Source of the DNA: Chrysomallon squamiferum
Taxonomy: Eukaryota > Animalia > Mollusca
Direction: 5' to 3'
DNA: 64,000 bases
Assembly (NCBI GenBank): GCA_012295275.1
Contig: CM022670.1
Location: 21,576,001 to 21,640,000 of the forward strand
The notes beneath the pieces were generated by a model. It had not been told where the DNA came from. It did no database searches and worked only from the letters and a program-made list of their open reading frames with translations. The stretch's first letter is position 1, and every line of letters starts with the position of its first letter. The translations under genes were made by a program, and so were the position numbers. Below are positions 39,901-64,000 of the stretch, piece after piece.

Positions 39901-40690
39901 ACCACTGTTATTCCAAGCAAATAGATAAACTTTCTACACAAATTAGGAATTTATCTGTAACATGGAACATGATTATTTATATAAATTTTTCAATTTTATT
40001 TCAGGATACCAGAAAATCTGGCACCATGGATCTTTGTTTTCATACCGTTCTATTGTGGTCCTGTATCCAGACTTGAAATCGGGCATTTTCCTCTCTGCAA
40101 GTGGGCCAGTCGGTTTAGAGGTGATGACTTATTTCATATCAGATCTTCTCATTGGTGAACCAACATGGTTACAGGCAACAAATGCCTGCCTCTTTCCCGA
40201 ACCATGGATGAACATTTCAACATCAAACGACAATAGTGATGACGTCATCTATGACGCCATAACAAACCCCAGCCAGTACATAGGTTCTTACGGACATCGC
40301 TTGTTGGGAGATTTAACCGTGGAGCAGGGAAGTAACAGAAGTTCGCTACTTTTGAGATATGGACGTTTTGTTTGTGCTGTGAGGCCAACGAAGACTGAAC
40401 ACGCATTCAAACTTGATGTTTTGGAGCCATTGGGGTTCCTCTTCAATCCTGGTAACAGCACTACTCTGATTCCCGCGAATTTCAAAGAAGAATGGAACGG
40501 GAAGTTTCAGGTTATAGAAATTGTGTCTTCTGAATCTATAATATTTCACAGAGATATCAAATTTTCAGACCCGTTGCCGCCAGAAAAAAACGAGGCGAAA
40601 TGCACCAGCAGTGGAACGTCAGAAACAGGTTCAGGTCTGATCATTTTAATTTCGTGCTATATTACACATTTGTTTTTCAAACTAGATTAA
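36469..40690 (+). CDS. Serine beta-lactamase-fold protein, copy 3, 558 aa; exons 36469-36764, 37607-37786, 38159-38422, 39440-39690, 40005-40690
   Basis: Same exon sizes and motifs. Motif 3 reads WHHGS. Intron 1 is shortened by a deletion covering most of the Tc1 relic. Confidence 0.93.
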
Positions 40691-40911
40691 TGAATAGGCA
40701 AGACCGGGGTATTTCGTAAACGCATACTTGTCTGGACATACGTTCAGAGACTCCTAACTTCTTTTTGTACACGAAATTCAGGTACTTTTATTTGAACATG
40801 ATTTAAATTGTGCAAAAATATTTTATTATTATTATTATTTATTTATTTAAAAAAAAAAAAAAAAAAAATAAAAAAAATTAAAAACGAAAAAGAAAAGAGA
40901 ACAAATTTCCT

Positions 40912-53807
<12,896 letters not shown>

Positions 53808-54315
53808 TGCTACCGATCGCAAATCCAAGATGTGACTGACCAAAAGATATATTTATAATGATAGGCGTCATCCACTTACAGTAATTTATCTCGTCTTTTC
53901 TAACCAGGGGCGGGTCTATGCATTCTTCTGAAGGCGTGTCAGTCTGCGACACCAGATCCCAGAATGCTACACCACCAGCAGAACGAGCATTTAAACAGAC
54001 GTAATAACAAAGGAGTGGCTGAGACATTTCTGACGGCTGGACATTTTTAGGTGAAAGTTTGGGAGTGTATTTACGTCTGTGACATTTGCAGTAATGTAAA
54101 CAGTGTTAGTGTACACATTTTGAGCACAGGTGAAACGAATTTTACTTGATTTGCAAAGATCAGTGCGGCCAATGTTGATTGTATCCATATAATTCCGGAA
54201 AGTAAAAGAACCACGTACACACAGAAGAACAAAGTAAAGTGTGACTAAAACTGCACGCAAACTGCTATTAATGATCTCATTGTAAATCATAAACCGCCTA
54301 TTAATTAAAAAGCAC

Positions 54316-54408
54316 AAAAATATAACAATGATGTTAAAAGGGACAAAAACCTTATAATATAGATAGATTATAAGCTATTCTCCCTTTTAACATCATTGTT
54401 ATATTTTT
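54316..54408. repeat. 93-bp hairpin with a 28-bp perfect outer stem and an 8-bp inner stem
   Basis: AAAAATATAACAATGATGTTAAAAGGGA ... TCCCTTTTAACATCATTGTTATATTTTT; inner stem CTTATAAT/ATTATAAG. Confidence 0.9.
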
Positions 54409-54632
54409 ATAAATTCTGAGAACGGGGACAGATCGTTTAAAATTGATAAATGTGATTGAAGGTATCGACGGTAAAAAAGTTTGACGGTTCTCTGCAGCAT
54501 ACAGAATATGTGAATTTGCAATGTCATAACTTAGCTAAGCGAATGAATGATTGTTTACCGAGACACGTGCACACTCCCTAGGTGCCTTTCCTGGAAACTG
54601 AATTTCAGTATAACAAGGACATCGTTAATAAA

Positions 54633-54706
54633 ACATTCGCCGTTTTTGTAATTGTCCTCGCTTTTGATGTATAACGGTTCTTGATTACTATCAAAACATC
54701 ATCAGT
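54633..54706 (+). repeat. 74-bp exact direct repeat, second copy at 62107-62180
   Basis: ACATTCGCCGTTTTTGTAATTGTCCTCGC...CAAAACATCATCAGT is identical at both sites. Confidence 0.92.
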
Positions 54707-57357
54707 ATTATGAATGCTTTTAAAGTAATTCCAGATGAATGCAACAGTATAATAATAAAGTTGTGTTTTTACTTTTTCTTTCAGTAGTAGGAATAGAGAT
54801 CTGTTAAAATTCGATCAGTGGAAAACAATTAAAATAATGATATGAAAGCAGACAGAAACGATGAGAATAAAAAAGAATTAATGTAATTAAAAGGCAATTT
54901 TTTTATTTCTTTATTTTTCTTTCATTCCTTTTTCTTCTTGTTATTGTAGAAAATGTTGCTGGTTAATTTTGCAATAGGCATGTAAAAGGTTTTTATTATG
55001 TTATTTTTTTTTATTGAACATTTATTATTATTATTATTATAATAATAATAATAATAATTATTATTATTTTTGCTGTTATTATTGTTGCTTTTTGACTGTT
55101 GTTGTTGCTATTGTTATAACTAAAGTTAGACCATTTAATCACAATCAGAACCAAAAGGACCATGTGCTGGGAAAGTCTTTTGTTTAAGGAGTCATCTTTT
55201 TCCCATAACTATCGAACCATGTGATGAGCTAAACATCTTTTATTATTATAAAAATATATTTCATTGTTACTCTTTGATAATCAATTTTACATTACTGTCT
55301 AATTAAGAGCAAAAACAGTTTTTATAAAAATTATTTAATTGTTATATACATATAAATATATATACACACACACACACATATAATTCTTTGACATATATAT
55401 ATGGTTCTGCAGTAAAACGTAAAGAGCATTTGATCTGCTGATACAGAAACTTGATTCTAAAATAAAGAAATAAAATAAATAAAGAAAAGAATAAATAAAT
55501 AAATAATGATATAAATATAAAACGTAACAAGCAAACAAAAAAAAAAAAAACCCAACAAAGAAAAAACAAAAACAAACAAAAAAACACAACAAACTATTAC
55601 AACCAAAAAAGAAAAGAAAAACATCAAACAACAACAAAAACGAAATAGAAAAAGCAAAAGAAAGAATAAAATTGCTGAGACTTCTTGTTACGTCATTTGT
55701 GACGTCTTTAAATAACGTCATAACAAAGCGCTTATAATGATTCTATTCAATGAATGTCATTTCTGAATATTATTGTTCCTGTTATTTCAATGAGTCTATG
55801 CAATTTATTTATCTAACATTCATAAACCAGTAAGTACAAATAAGTATACTAATAATATATATATATTCGTCATTATAGGAATAATTGTGAGTCTGTAAAT
55901 TTTACAGTGTAGACATTTTGCTTGCATCTAAATGGTTCTTTTGTTTTTCATTTTTTTTCTTTCTTTTTTTCTTCTCTCCTCCACATTTCTTTTTCTTGTT
56001 TTAGTTTTGTGATTTCAAGTCACTAATTGTTATGCTATTCTTAACATTGTTTGACGTCATACGAATATTATTTGCACAGTCCTCTCTCTGGCTATCGATA
56101 TATCAATTTTTATTTTTTTCTATATTTCTTATCCTAAATCCCGTCCCTTCTAATATTGTAATAATCTTTTATTTTCTTCCGTTGACAATACGTTGAAGGG
56201 ACGACCACTGTCAGGGAAAACAAGGACATTCAAAATAATAATGCTAAAGAATTTTCTTTTCTTTCTTTCATTTGTTTTTGGATTATAAAATAAAGAAGCA
56301 TTCTACACCAATCAAAAGACATATGGGTGTGAATGTCTTTTGACTGGTATAGAATACTTCTTTGTATATTGATAAAAAATCCCCCCCAAAAAAAATACAA
56401 TAGAAAAAACAACAACAAAACTACAACACAAACAATATATATAAAATGACACTCTCTCACCTGAAAAAACAAACAAAACCGATAGACATATGAATGAGTA
56501 AGAGTTGTTGTTCCTGAATAGTGGAAAGAGTTGTCGTTCCTGAGAAGCTACTTTTCATGGATCGGGCACTTCAGATTACTATTAAACAGTTATTAGTCAA
56601 ACATATCGCAGAATGCGAAACAAATTATGCCCAACTGTTTCATTTAAATAATCTGTTCAGTGTAATCGATAGATTTCGGTTCTTACGATTTTTTCGAACA
56701 TTCAGTTGTCATATGTACCTATTATTCCGCTTCGGTTTCTGATGTTTATTTACGTCATTGTTGGGAATTTTTCTAAAAATGATACATTACCTTTTTCTGC
56801 TCTTAAATAGATAGCAAAATGTAGCATAATATTTTAATATTGGCCGTATCAGCAGTTCAGGAAAAAAAAAAAAAAAAAAAAAAAAACAAATTACAAAAAT
56901 TAATAATCTGCACGACAATTATTAACAACATCACTTCCCAGGAATCGTGCGCTGCTTTTGATTAATCCTGTGTATTTGTCTGTGTGGATAGACAGACAGA
57001 TTGATATTAATTAACAGTTATTATTTTTTTTTTTTAGATGAAGACGGCTTTACGGTTATTACTTATCATCCACTGTCTTATAATACACAGTTCGTATCAA
57101 CTTTACTATGGTTTAATAATGAATACAGCTTTGATTCTGATTTTGATTTTTTTTTTTTTGTAAAAGAAATAAGAATAATAATAAAAACAGTATGAACAAA
57201 AGCAACAATAGCAACAACAACAACAACAACATCAATAATAACTGTAACACTGTTGCTATTACTGCTATTACTGTTTCAAAGCAAGAACAACAGCAACAAT
57301 AATAATAGAATTTATATTCTTCTTAATGTTCTTATTCTTTTATTTCTTTACTATTAC

Positions 57358-57391
<34 letters not shown>

Positions 57392-57512
57392 TTTTTTAAG
57401 ATTTTTAAACTAAAATGTTTCATGGATTATATGCCCCAGACAAACGTTAAAATGCGAGGTAATGTTTTGATCGTATTTCGTTTCTAATTATTCTTTCGCT
57501 TGTAATGTGCAG

Positions 57513-57956
57513 CTGCAGTTTATGGCGCATGGACGATGTGGGTAAAAACGTACGCCTCGTCGTGCTCTGAGATGTGCACGCAAGACGAATTGCTAGAGAG
57601 AATGTGTCTTTCGACGGTAGACGAACCGACGTGTAAAGGCCCAAAAACGAAAATCAGGGTCGTCAACTGTAGCAACTGTAATTTCGGTAAGTCGGTCAGT
57701 TAAAACGGGTACGTATGTAAATAAAATAATCCTAGACCTCCCCTCCCCACCCCAAAAATATCAATAATAAAAATTAAAATACTTCTAGACATCTAAAAAA
57801 CTTTTACATTGATACTGTCTTTCAAATTTGTCAAAAATCGACACTCCAAATATACAAATTTAAAAGCTTTTATATATATTCCAAACTGTCGCTACAAAAG
57901 AATTAAAATGAATAACAGTGTGAAAAACAATTAATTAATGCAGAATTATTCATTTA

Positions 57957-58051
<95 letters not shown>

Positions 58052-58056
58052 GACTG

Positions 58057-58087
<31 letters not shown>

Positions 58088-60076
58088 GTCTGTCTTTCTA
58101 CCTATCTGTCTGTGTATCTGTCTATTTATTTAATTTATTTTATATTCATATTTATTTAATTTATTTTATATTCATATTCATTTAATTTTATTTAAACACT
58201 CCCCTTGATGTCTGGACTAATCAGATCGTTCACACGGTCTTTTGACAATAAACTGAGGTAATCTGTTTTCGCAGCGAATGGGCAGTGGTCTACTTGGAGA
58301 GACGACTTCACTGGTGACTGCAGCGTCACGTGCGGGTATCGAAAAGGCTATCGCCGCATGAAGCAGATCCGAGTGTGCGACAACCCCCCTCCTAGAGCCG
58401 GAGGGATGCTGTGTGCTGGAGATGCGATTAAACAGTTTACCAGCGATTGCTTTCCGGATAATCCCTGCCCGAACTTTACGAGTAAACACTTCATGCATTT
58501 ATGGCTGAAACAAAAACGTAGTATATTTTCGGTGATACGAAGAAAGGACTTAAATATGTTCTGCATACTTCCATGTTATGTTTCTTGCCAAAATTATAGT
58601 TTAAAAATATCTTAACGTAAATTACTTACAAGGCGGATTGGTCTGCTTTCTATTTATTAGAGCGGTGTTATATAAAAAAAAAATTAAAACAACAACAACA
58701 ACAACAGCATCTGACAAACAAAAAAGACAACAAAACAAACCCCCTCCCCCCAAAAAACCCCAAAACAACAACAACAACAGTACAACTGTTAGCACGCCAT
58801 GCACTATTGCAGTTGTGAAGTGGTAAAATGGTGGAGTTCTCATCTTTTGCATCAGTGTAATTTCGTTGGCACACTTTGCTGCTAGCGGTAACAGAAAACC
58901 ACAGATGATAAAATAAAATAGATTTTTTTTTAATTTAAAGTTTATTCTTTTAGGGGACTAATGATTTAACGAAAAGACCTAACTTGAAACTTGCTGTTTT
59001 CCTTTGACCATCCAATACTATAGTTTAGCATTTTATTACATTTCCATAACGTAAATAATAACGATTAAGATCATACAAAAGCTATCACTTGTCTAATTGC
59101 TTGTTTGTGTTTCCCTCCAGTATTGTAACAGTGGCAGCCAAAACATTATTGAATGTTAGGGAAAAAATCGTGTCTATGACTAGAACGTACAGTTATAAAA
59201 AAAAAACACCCCCCAAAATACCACAACAACAAACAACAAACAAAAACAAAACGAAAACAAAACAATAACAAACCGCGCTGATTTACATTTGGTATTTGCT
59301 TGGTAGATTGAAATATACTGTTTATTACGGTGACTCTGAATACTTATTTATTTTTACAGTTAGTGGTGTCTGGGGCAGCTGGGAGAATTCGACACTGCGG
59401 ATGTGCAGCACAACGTGCGGAGTTAAACCAGGAATAAAGTTCATCGTCCAAACACGATCCTGCAGCTCGTCGGACGCGGTGTCTACAAACGACACCTGTG
59501 CTTTCCAGACAGCCATGCGTACGATCACTGACAGCTGCTTTTCACTAAACCGCTGTCCCTATCCAGGAGGTTTTTCTATTTTCTATTTTTCTATTTTGTT
59601 TTCAGACATAATTTATTTATTTATTTATTTATTTAATTATTCGGTTTGATTTGATTTGATCTTTAGTTAGTTTCTGGCGCAGACAAGTATTTATTATTTA
59701 TTTTATTTTTATTAATCGAAAGTTTTGCAGCTGCTAACATACGTTAACACACAGGATTTCTCTCTCTGTTTAGAGAGTGTTAAAGTTGTAGACGGGCGGT
59801 GGTCTCTGTGGCTCGATGTTTCAGTGTGCTCTGTGACGTGTGGAGACACTGAAGGTATCATGTGGAAGTCCATGAAGCGTTTCTGCAGCAATCCGGTACC
59901 ACAGGGAGGTGGTGGGTTTTGTGTTGGTGATTCTGAGAAAAACCTTACTTTACCTTGCAGGGCGTCCATGCCCTGCCCAGGTATGGAAACAAAAATAATA
60001 AATAAATTAATAAACACAAAAAAAATAAATTTAAAAATATAAAACAATTAAAGAACCCCAAACAAAAACAAACAAA

Positions 60077-60162
<86 letters not shown>

Positions 60163-60616
60163 TTACTATTACTACTACTAAATAACAATAAAAGAAGAAA
60201 GCCTAACAGTTTCAAAAGAAAATACTTTTTGAAAACATTTTAATTTCCAAACCACACTATAACTATTGTTATTGTTGCAACTACTAACACCATTTGTTCT
60301 GCTGCTACTACTACTGCTACAACTGCTACGGCTACTGCTATTGCTACAGCGACAAAATGTGTGAGTCACATTAGTTAAAAACTGAATGGATTTAAATAAC
60401 GTGTTATACAGAAACTGAATTAACATGATTTATCTGTTTACTCAGTAAGCAGATATGTTGTAAATTATGTTTTAATAGTGTACACTTCAGCGCGCAGATC
60501 TTCTCACATTTCATGTTGCCTTACCTGAGTTTAAGTGTACTTATGTTTCTTGTTAAAAAGGTTTAATTAACGCAAGTGTCTTATAAGCGGTTACAGTTTA
60601 TATATATACGCACACA

Positions 60617-60649
<33 letters not shown>

Positions 60650-60839
60650 GCACACACACACATACATACATACTACATACATGCATACATACACACACAC
60701 ATGTGTGTGTGTGTGTATGTATGTATGTGTGTGTGTGTGTGTGGGGGGGTGTGTGCATATATATAACAAAAGTATACTTAAATAAATAAATAAAACAAAC
60801 AAATAAATAAATAAAAGAATAAATAAAAGAATAAAAGAA

Positions 60840-60882
<43 letters not shown>

Positions 60883-61383
60883 ATATAAAACGAAAAAACA
60901 AACAAACAGAAAACAACTAATACAACCAACAAAGAAAAGAATGGTATATATTTGTACAGGTATCGAAAAGAAGGTATCATATTGGTCAACCTGGTCCCTA
61001 CAAGAGAAGTCATATTGTTCGAGGCAATGCAGAAGGAAAGTGCTTTACTCAAGAAGTTGTTTACATCCAAAGAAAAAATGTAAAGGAAACAGTACGAAGA
61101 ACTTTGTAGAAGCGTGCAAATCCGAGATGTGTCAAGCGGGTAAGATTAGGAAATGAATTCGTCTATGAAATTAATTGTTTCTCAAACGTGTTTGCTACGT
61201 ATCTGTTTTGTTTCTTATTATAAATTTGTATTCTTGTCTGTCTCTCGGTGGCACTGTAATGTCTGTGGTTAACATAATAATTCTTACAGGTGAAGGCGAA
61301 AAGAAGATAAACTTTACAATGGAATCAGGTGAGTGATACTATTTTAAATTTTATTATTCTTTTTATTATCGGAAGAAATAATT

Positions 61384-61481
<98 letters not shown>

Positions 61482-61939
61482 TATTACTAGAATTTAAATT
61501 TTCCTTCACGTTTCATCATCGCTGACCCGTGTTTTATTTTATTTGTTATTCATTGGGATTTGAGCAAACAGCGACAATAACATAGATTACGAGAAAACAC
61601 CAACAGTCACCCGAAGAAATACAACCAAACAAGCAACCAACACAAAACAATAACAACACTGTCCTAATAATTTAACTTGGCTCAAATTAATATTTCAGAG
61701 GCGAATACAACAAGTAAGTGATATATGTTTTATCCATACTATTGTTCGGAAATCATTTTGTTACTGTTAATAAAAAAAATCAAAGAATCAAAAATCGAAA
61801 CCGAACATTTTATATTTCAGAGGCGAATAAATCTGGAGTTTATTTTATCCAAATTAAACTTATTTTTGTTATTGTTAAGAAAAAAATAAAAAGTAGAGTT
61901 AAAACCAAACATTTTTTATTTCAGAGCCTAATACAACAA
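57513..61939 (+). CDS. Thrombospondin type-1 repeat protein (5 TSR exons; 5' and 3' ends not resolved). Exons 57513-57686, 58275-58481, 59360-59569, 59774-59980, 60960-61139, 61290-61328, microexons 61699-61713 and 61925-61939
   Basis: Phase-1 exons, each with a WxxW motif (YGAWTMW, NGQWSTW..CSVTCG, SGVWGSW..CSTTCG, DGRWSLW..CSVTCG, SYWSTW) and R-x-C-x-NP-x-P..GG..C.G motifs in two of them. GT-AG boundaries. Confidence 0.82.
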
Positions 61940-62106
61940 GTAAGAGACATTTACTTTAATTTGTCCGGAATTTATTCATAATAAATAAATTAATAAATAA
62001 ATGAAAAATGAATTTAGGAATGAACATTCTGTTATGAACATATGATTAGATCGAACAAAATACGGTGATATACACCTATGTACATACATAAAAACAAACA
62101 AAAGAT

Positions 62107-62180
62107 ACATTCGCCGTTTTTGTAATTGTCCTCGCTTTTGATGTATAACGGTTCTTGATTACTATCAAAACATCATCAGT
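62107..62180 (+). repeat. Second copy of the 74-bp direct repeat
   Basis: Identical to 54633-54706. Confidence 0.92.
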
Positions 62181-62329
62181 TATACACACATACATCAAAA
62201 TATAGATAATACATACACATACACATACATACATAGATACATACATACATACCTACATGCATACATACAATGATACATATATACATACATACATACAAAC
62301 ATACTCAAACATACACACATACGGACAAT

Positions 62330-63130
62330 TCAGAGAGGTTTGGAGGTCATTGCAACTGCTTTGAATGCTAGAGTCCTACTTTCATTAACTTCGTCCTAAG
62401 TAAGAAACTAGCCCCTGTCCAAATGTATTTGGTGTCACACAGAAAAAAACCAAGGGAGATATATGGCTTGATTGGAGTTCAGAAATATGTACATGACGGA
62501 TGCTACATAAAAAAAGTCGTGTAATGCAGTAAAAAGCAGTCCGAATGACGAGAAACCTCGGCTGAATTTTAGAAGAAATAACTTTTGTTTTCTTCACACT
62601 GTTTTTCATTGTCTCTTCATCAGAATATGACGAATCCAGTAACCTTGGTATGGACCCTTTTCAGGGCCTCATCGGAAGTAGTGTTTATTTTATTTTTAAG
62701 TTCACTCATAATTCATTTACATAAATTCACCAACCACCGAGTCGAAATAGGGGACATGCTGCTGTGGAAAACCACCAGAGAGTTATGCCAGGAATTATAT
62801 GGTTACTATACTCAGGAAATAAAAACTTGACTGAGCCTGGCCATCGCCCCAAGAGCAACAGATGAGTAGTTATCTGTTTTTGTCAAAATTTAAAAAAAAC
62901 CAAATGGCTGTTAGCTCTCGAGTTTGGCATGACCAGCCGACTGATCAGACATGGCCTCCTGCGTTCATGAACTTCGGACCTAAGTGGTTTTCTGATAATG
63001 TTGCAGACCTTAACCATGAGTCAATCTCCTATCGTCCACTTCATTTGTTTCACTTCACGGCAAAAAAGGCGCCTCATACGTTCTGTGAATGTTCACCCCT
63101 GCACAACGGTGAGGTTACTGCACGCGCAGG
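62330..63130 (-). mobile_element. Possible decayed 5' end (5' UTR plus ORF1 start) of an I-group LINE
   Basis: Higher-complexity island. Minus-strand translation QPRFLVI...SPLVF is reminiscent of I/Nimb ORF1 N-termini. Many stop codons; weak support. Confidence 0.3.
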
Positions 63131-64000
63131 CTAAAAAATAATAGAGGAAGAAAAAAAAAAAAAAAAAAAAAACCAATAAGAAGAAAAAAAACTCGCTTTA
63201 ATAATAACGTCTTCAAACATTTAGGATTATTGTGGCCTTATATCAAAATCTAAGGTAAATCGGGGAAACTTGCCCCAACTGTCTCCTTCTCCCCCCAAAA
63301 ACGTTATACAGAAAACTTTGTCCTCTTTAAATGGCGATTTCCAGATGATACTAGCTCGGTGCTTAACGGTAATTTCGTAAGCAGTGGCAACCACATATAA
63401 ATACCTCTTTCAGTTTGAGGATATCATTTAGTTTTTCTATATCGGCTAACTTTGGTGATTAGTTGGTGAGGAGCTCACCTTTTTCTTGGATCAGGAAATA
63501 ATAACATTATAGATTTAGTAGAGCAAGAAAAACTGAATATAATTTTTGAGGATGTTGTCTAATGAACAGGAAATGAACAAAGAGAAAATTAGTGAAACCA
63601 TCTTTTGTGCTAAAGATGTTGAGTGATTAAGACACAAGTAAAGAATTTTCTTGATTTACATTTGACGGATGATACTGCAACCACTTTTCCTGTTACGGAT
63701 TTAAAGTTTTCTTTCCTATCTCAAATACAAATCATGTGATTCAAGAGTAACTGACATTTTTTTATTTTATTCTAATTTTTTTTTTTTTAAATTAAAATCT
63801 TAGCTTTGGCTGTTGCTAAGATAATTAGAAAAAAACCTTCAGATTTTCTTCTCATCTAAACTTTTATATTATTTGTGATGGTCTTTACAGTTTTTGGGTA
63901 CCTACTTTCAGAAAATGTTTTAAGCTTCCATACTTTTTAAACTGATACATACATCCATACATACATACGCACGTACATACATACTTTTATACAAGAATAG

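Noticed and set aside
55686-55722. Cluster of CRE-like (T)GACGTCA/ACGTCA motifs between the divergent genes
   Set aside because: Short motifs that also occur inside coding sequence elsewhere in the window; no independent support.
57401-57458. Candidate first exon or ATG (MDYMPQTNVKMR) for the TSP1 gene
   Set aside because: In phase, but it implies a 54-nt intron and no signal peptide; the start is left unresolved.
61690-61945. CRISPR-like spaced repeats
   Set aside because: Eukaryotic context; the repeats are splice-site and microexon units, and there are no cas genes.

Overview
AT-rich, microsatellite-dense animal genomic DNA with spliced genes, most likely a mollusc or other lophotrochozoan (inferred from gene content). 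From left to right: (1) a 7-exon type II membrane collagen (+, 421-3888); (2) two diverged paralogs of a ~160-aa three-exon gene I do not recognise, both ending in CTWC (-, 4455-5526 and 9149-10125); (3) a threefold tandem array of 10.5-12 kb units (10047-43048), each carrying an intact 5-exon, 558-aa signal-peptide/GPI-type serine beta-lactamase-fold gene, with the copies nearly identical yet differing three ways at the middle residue of the HxG active-site motif (Y/D/H); the unit junctions join the 5' end of the CTWC gene to the 3' exons of the neighbouring EGF gene; (4) a 1066-aa receptor-like gene with a signal peptide, an IgGFc-binding domain, 14 EGF repeats and a TM segment (-, 40912-53807); (5) a divergent thrombospondin type-1 repeat gene with tandem 15-nt microexons that encode NTT sequons (+, ~57.5-61.9 kb). 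Tc1, Tigger-like and LINE relics are also present. Most ORFs in the supplied track are microsatellite artefacts. All gene models were built by hand from splice sites and frame continuity; no database search was run.
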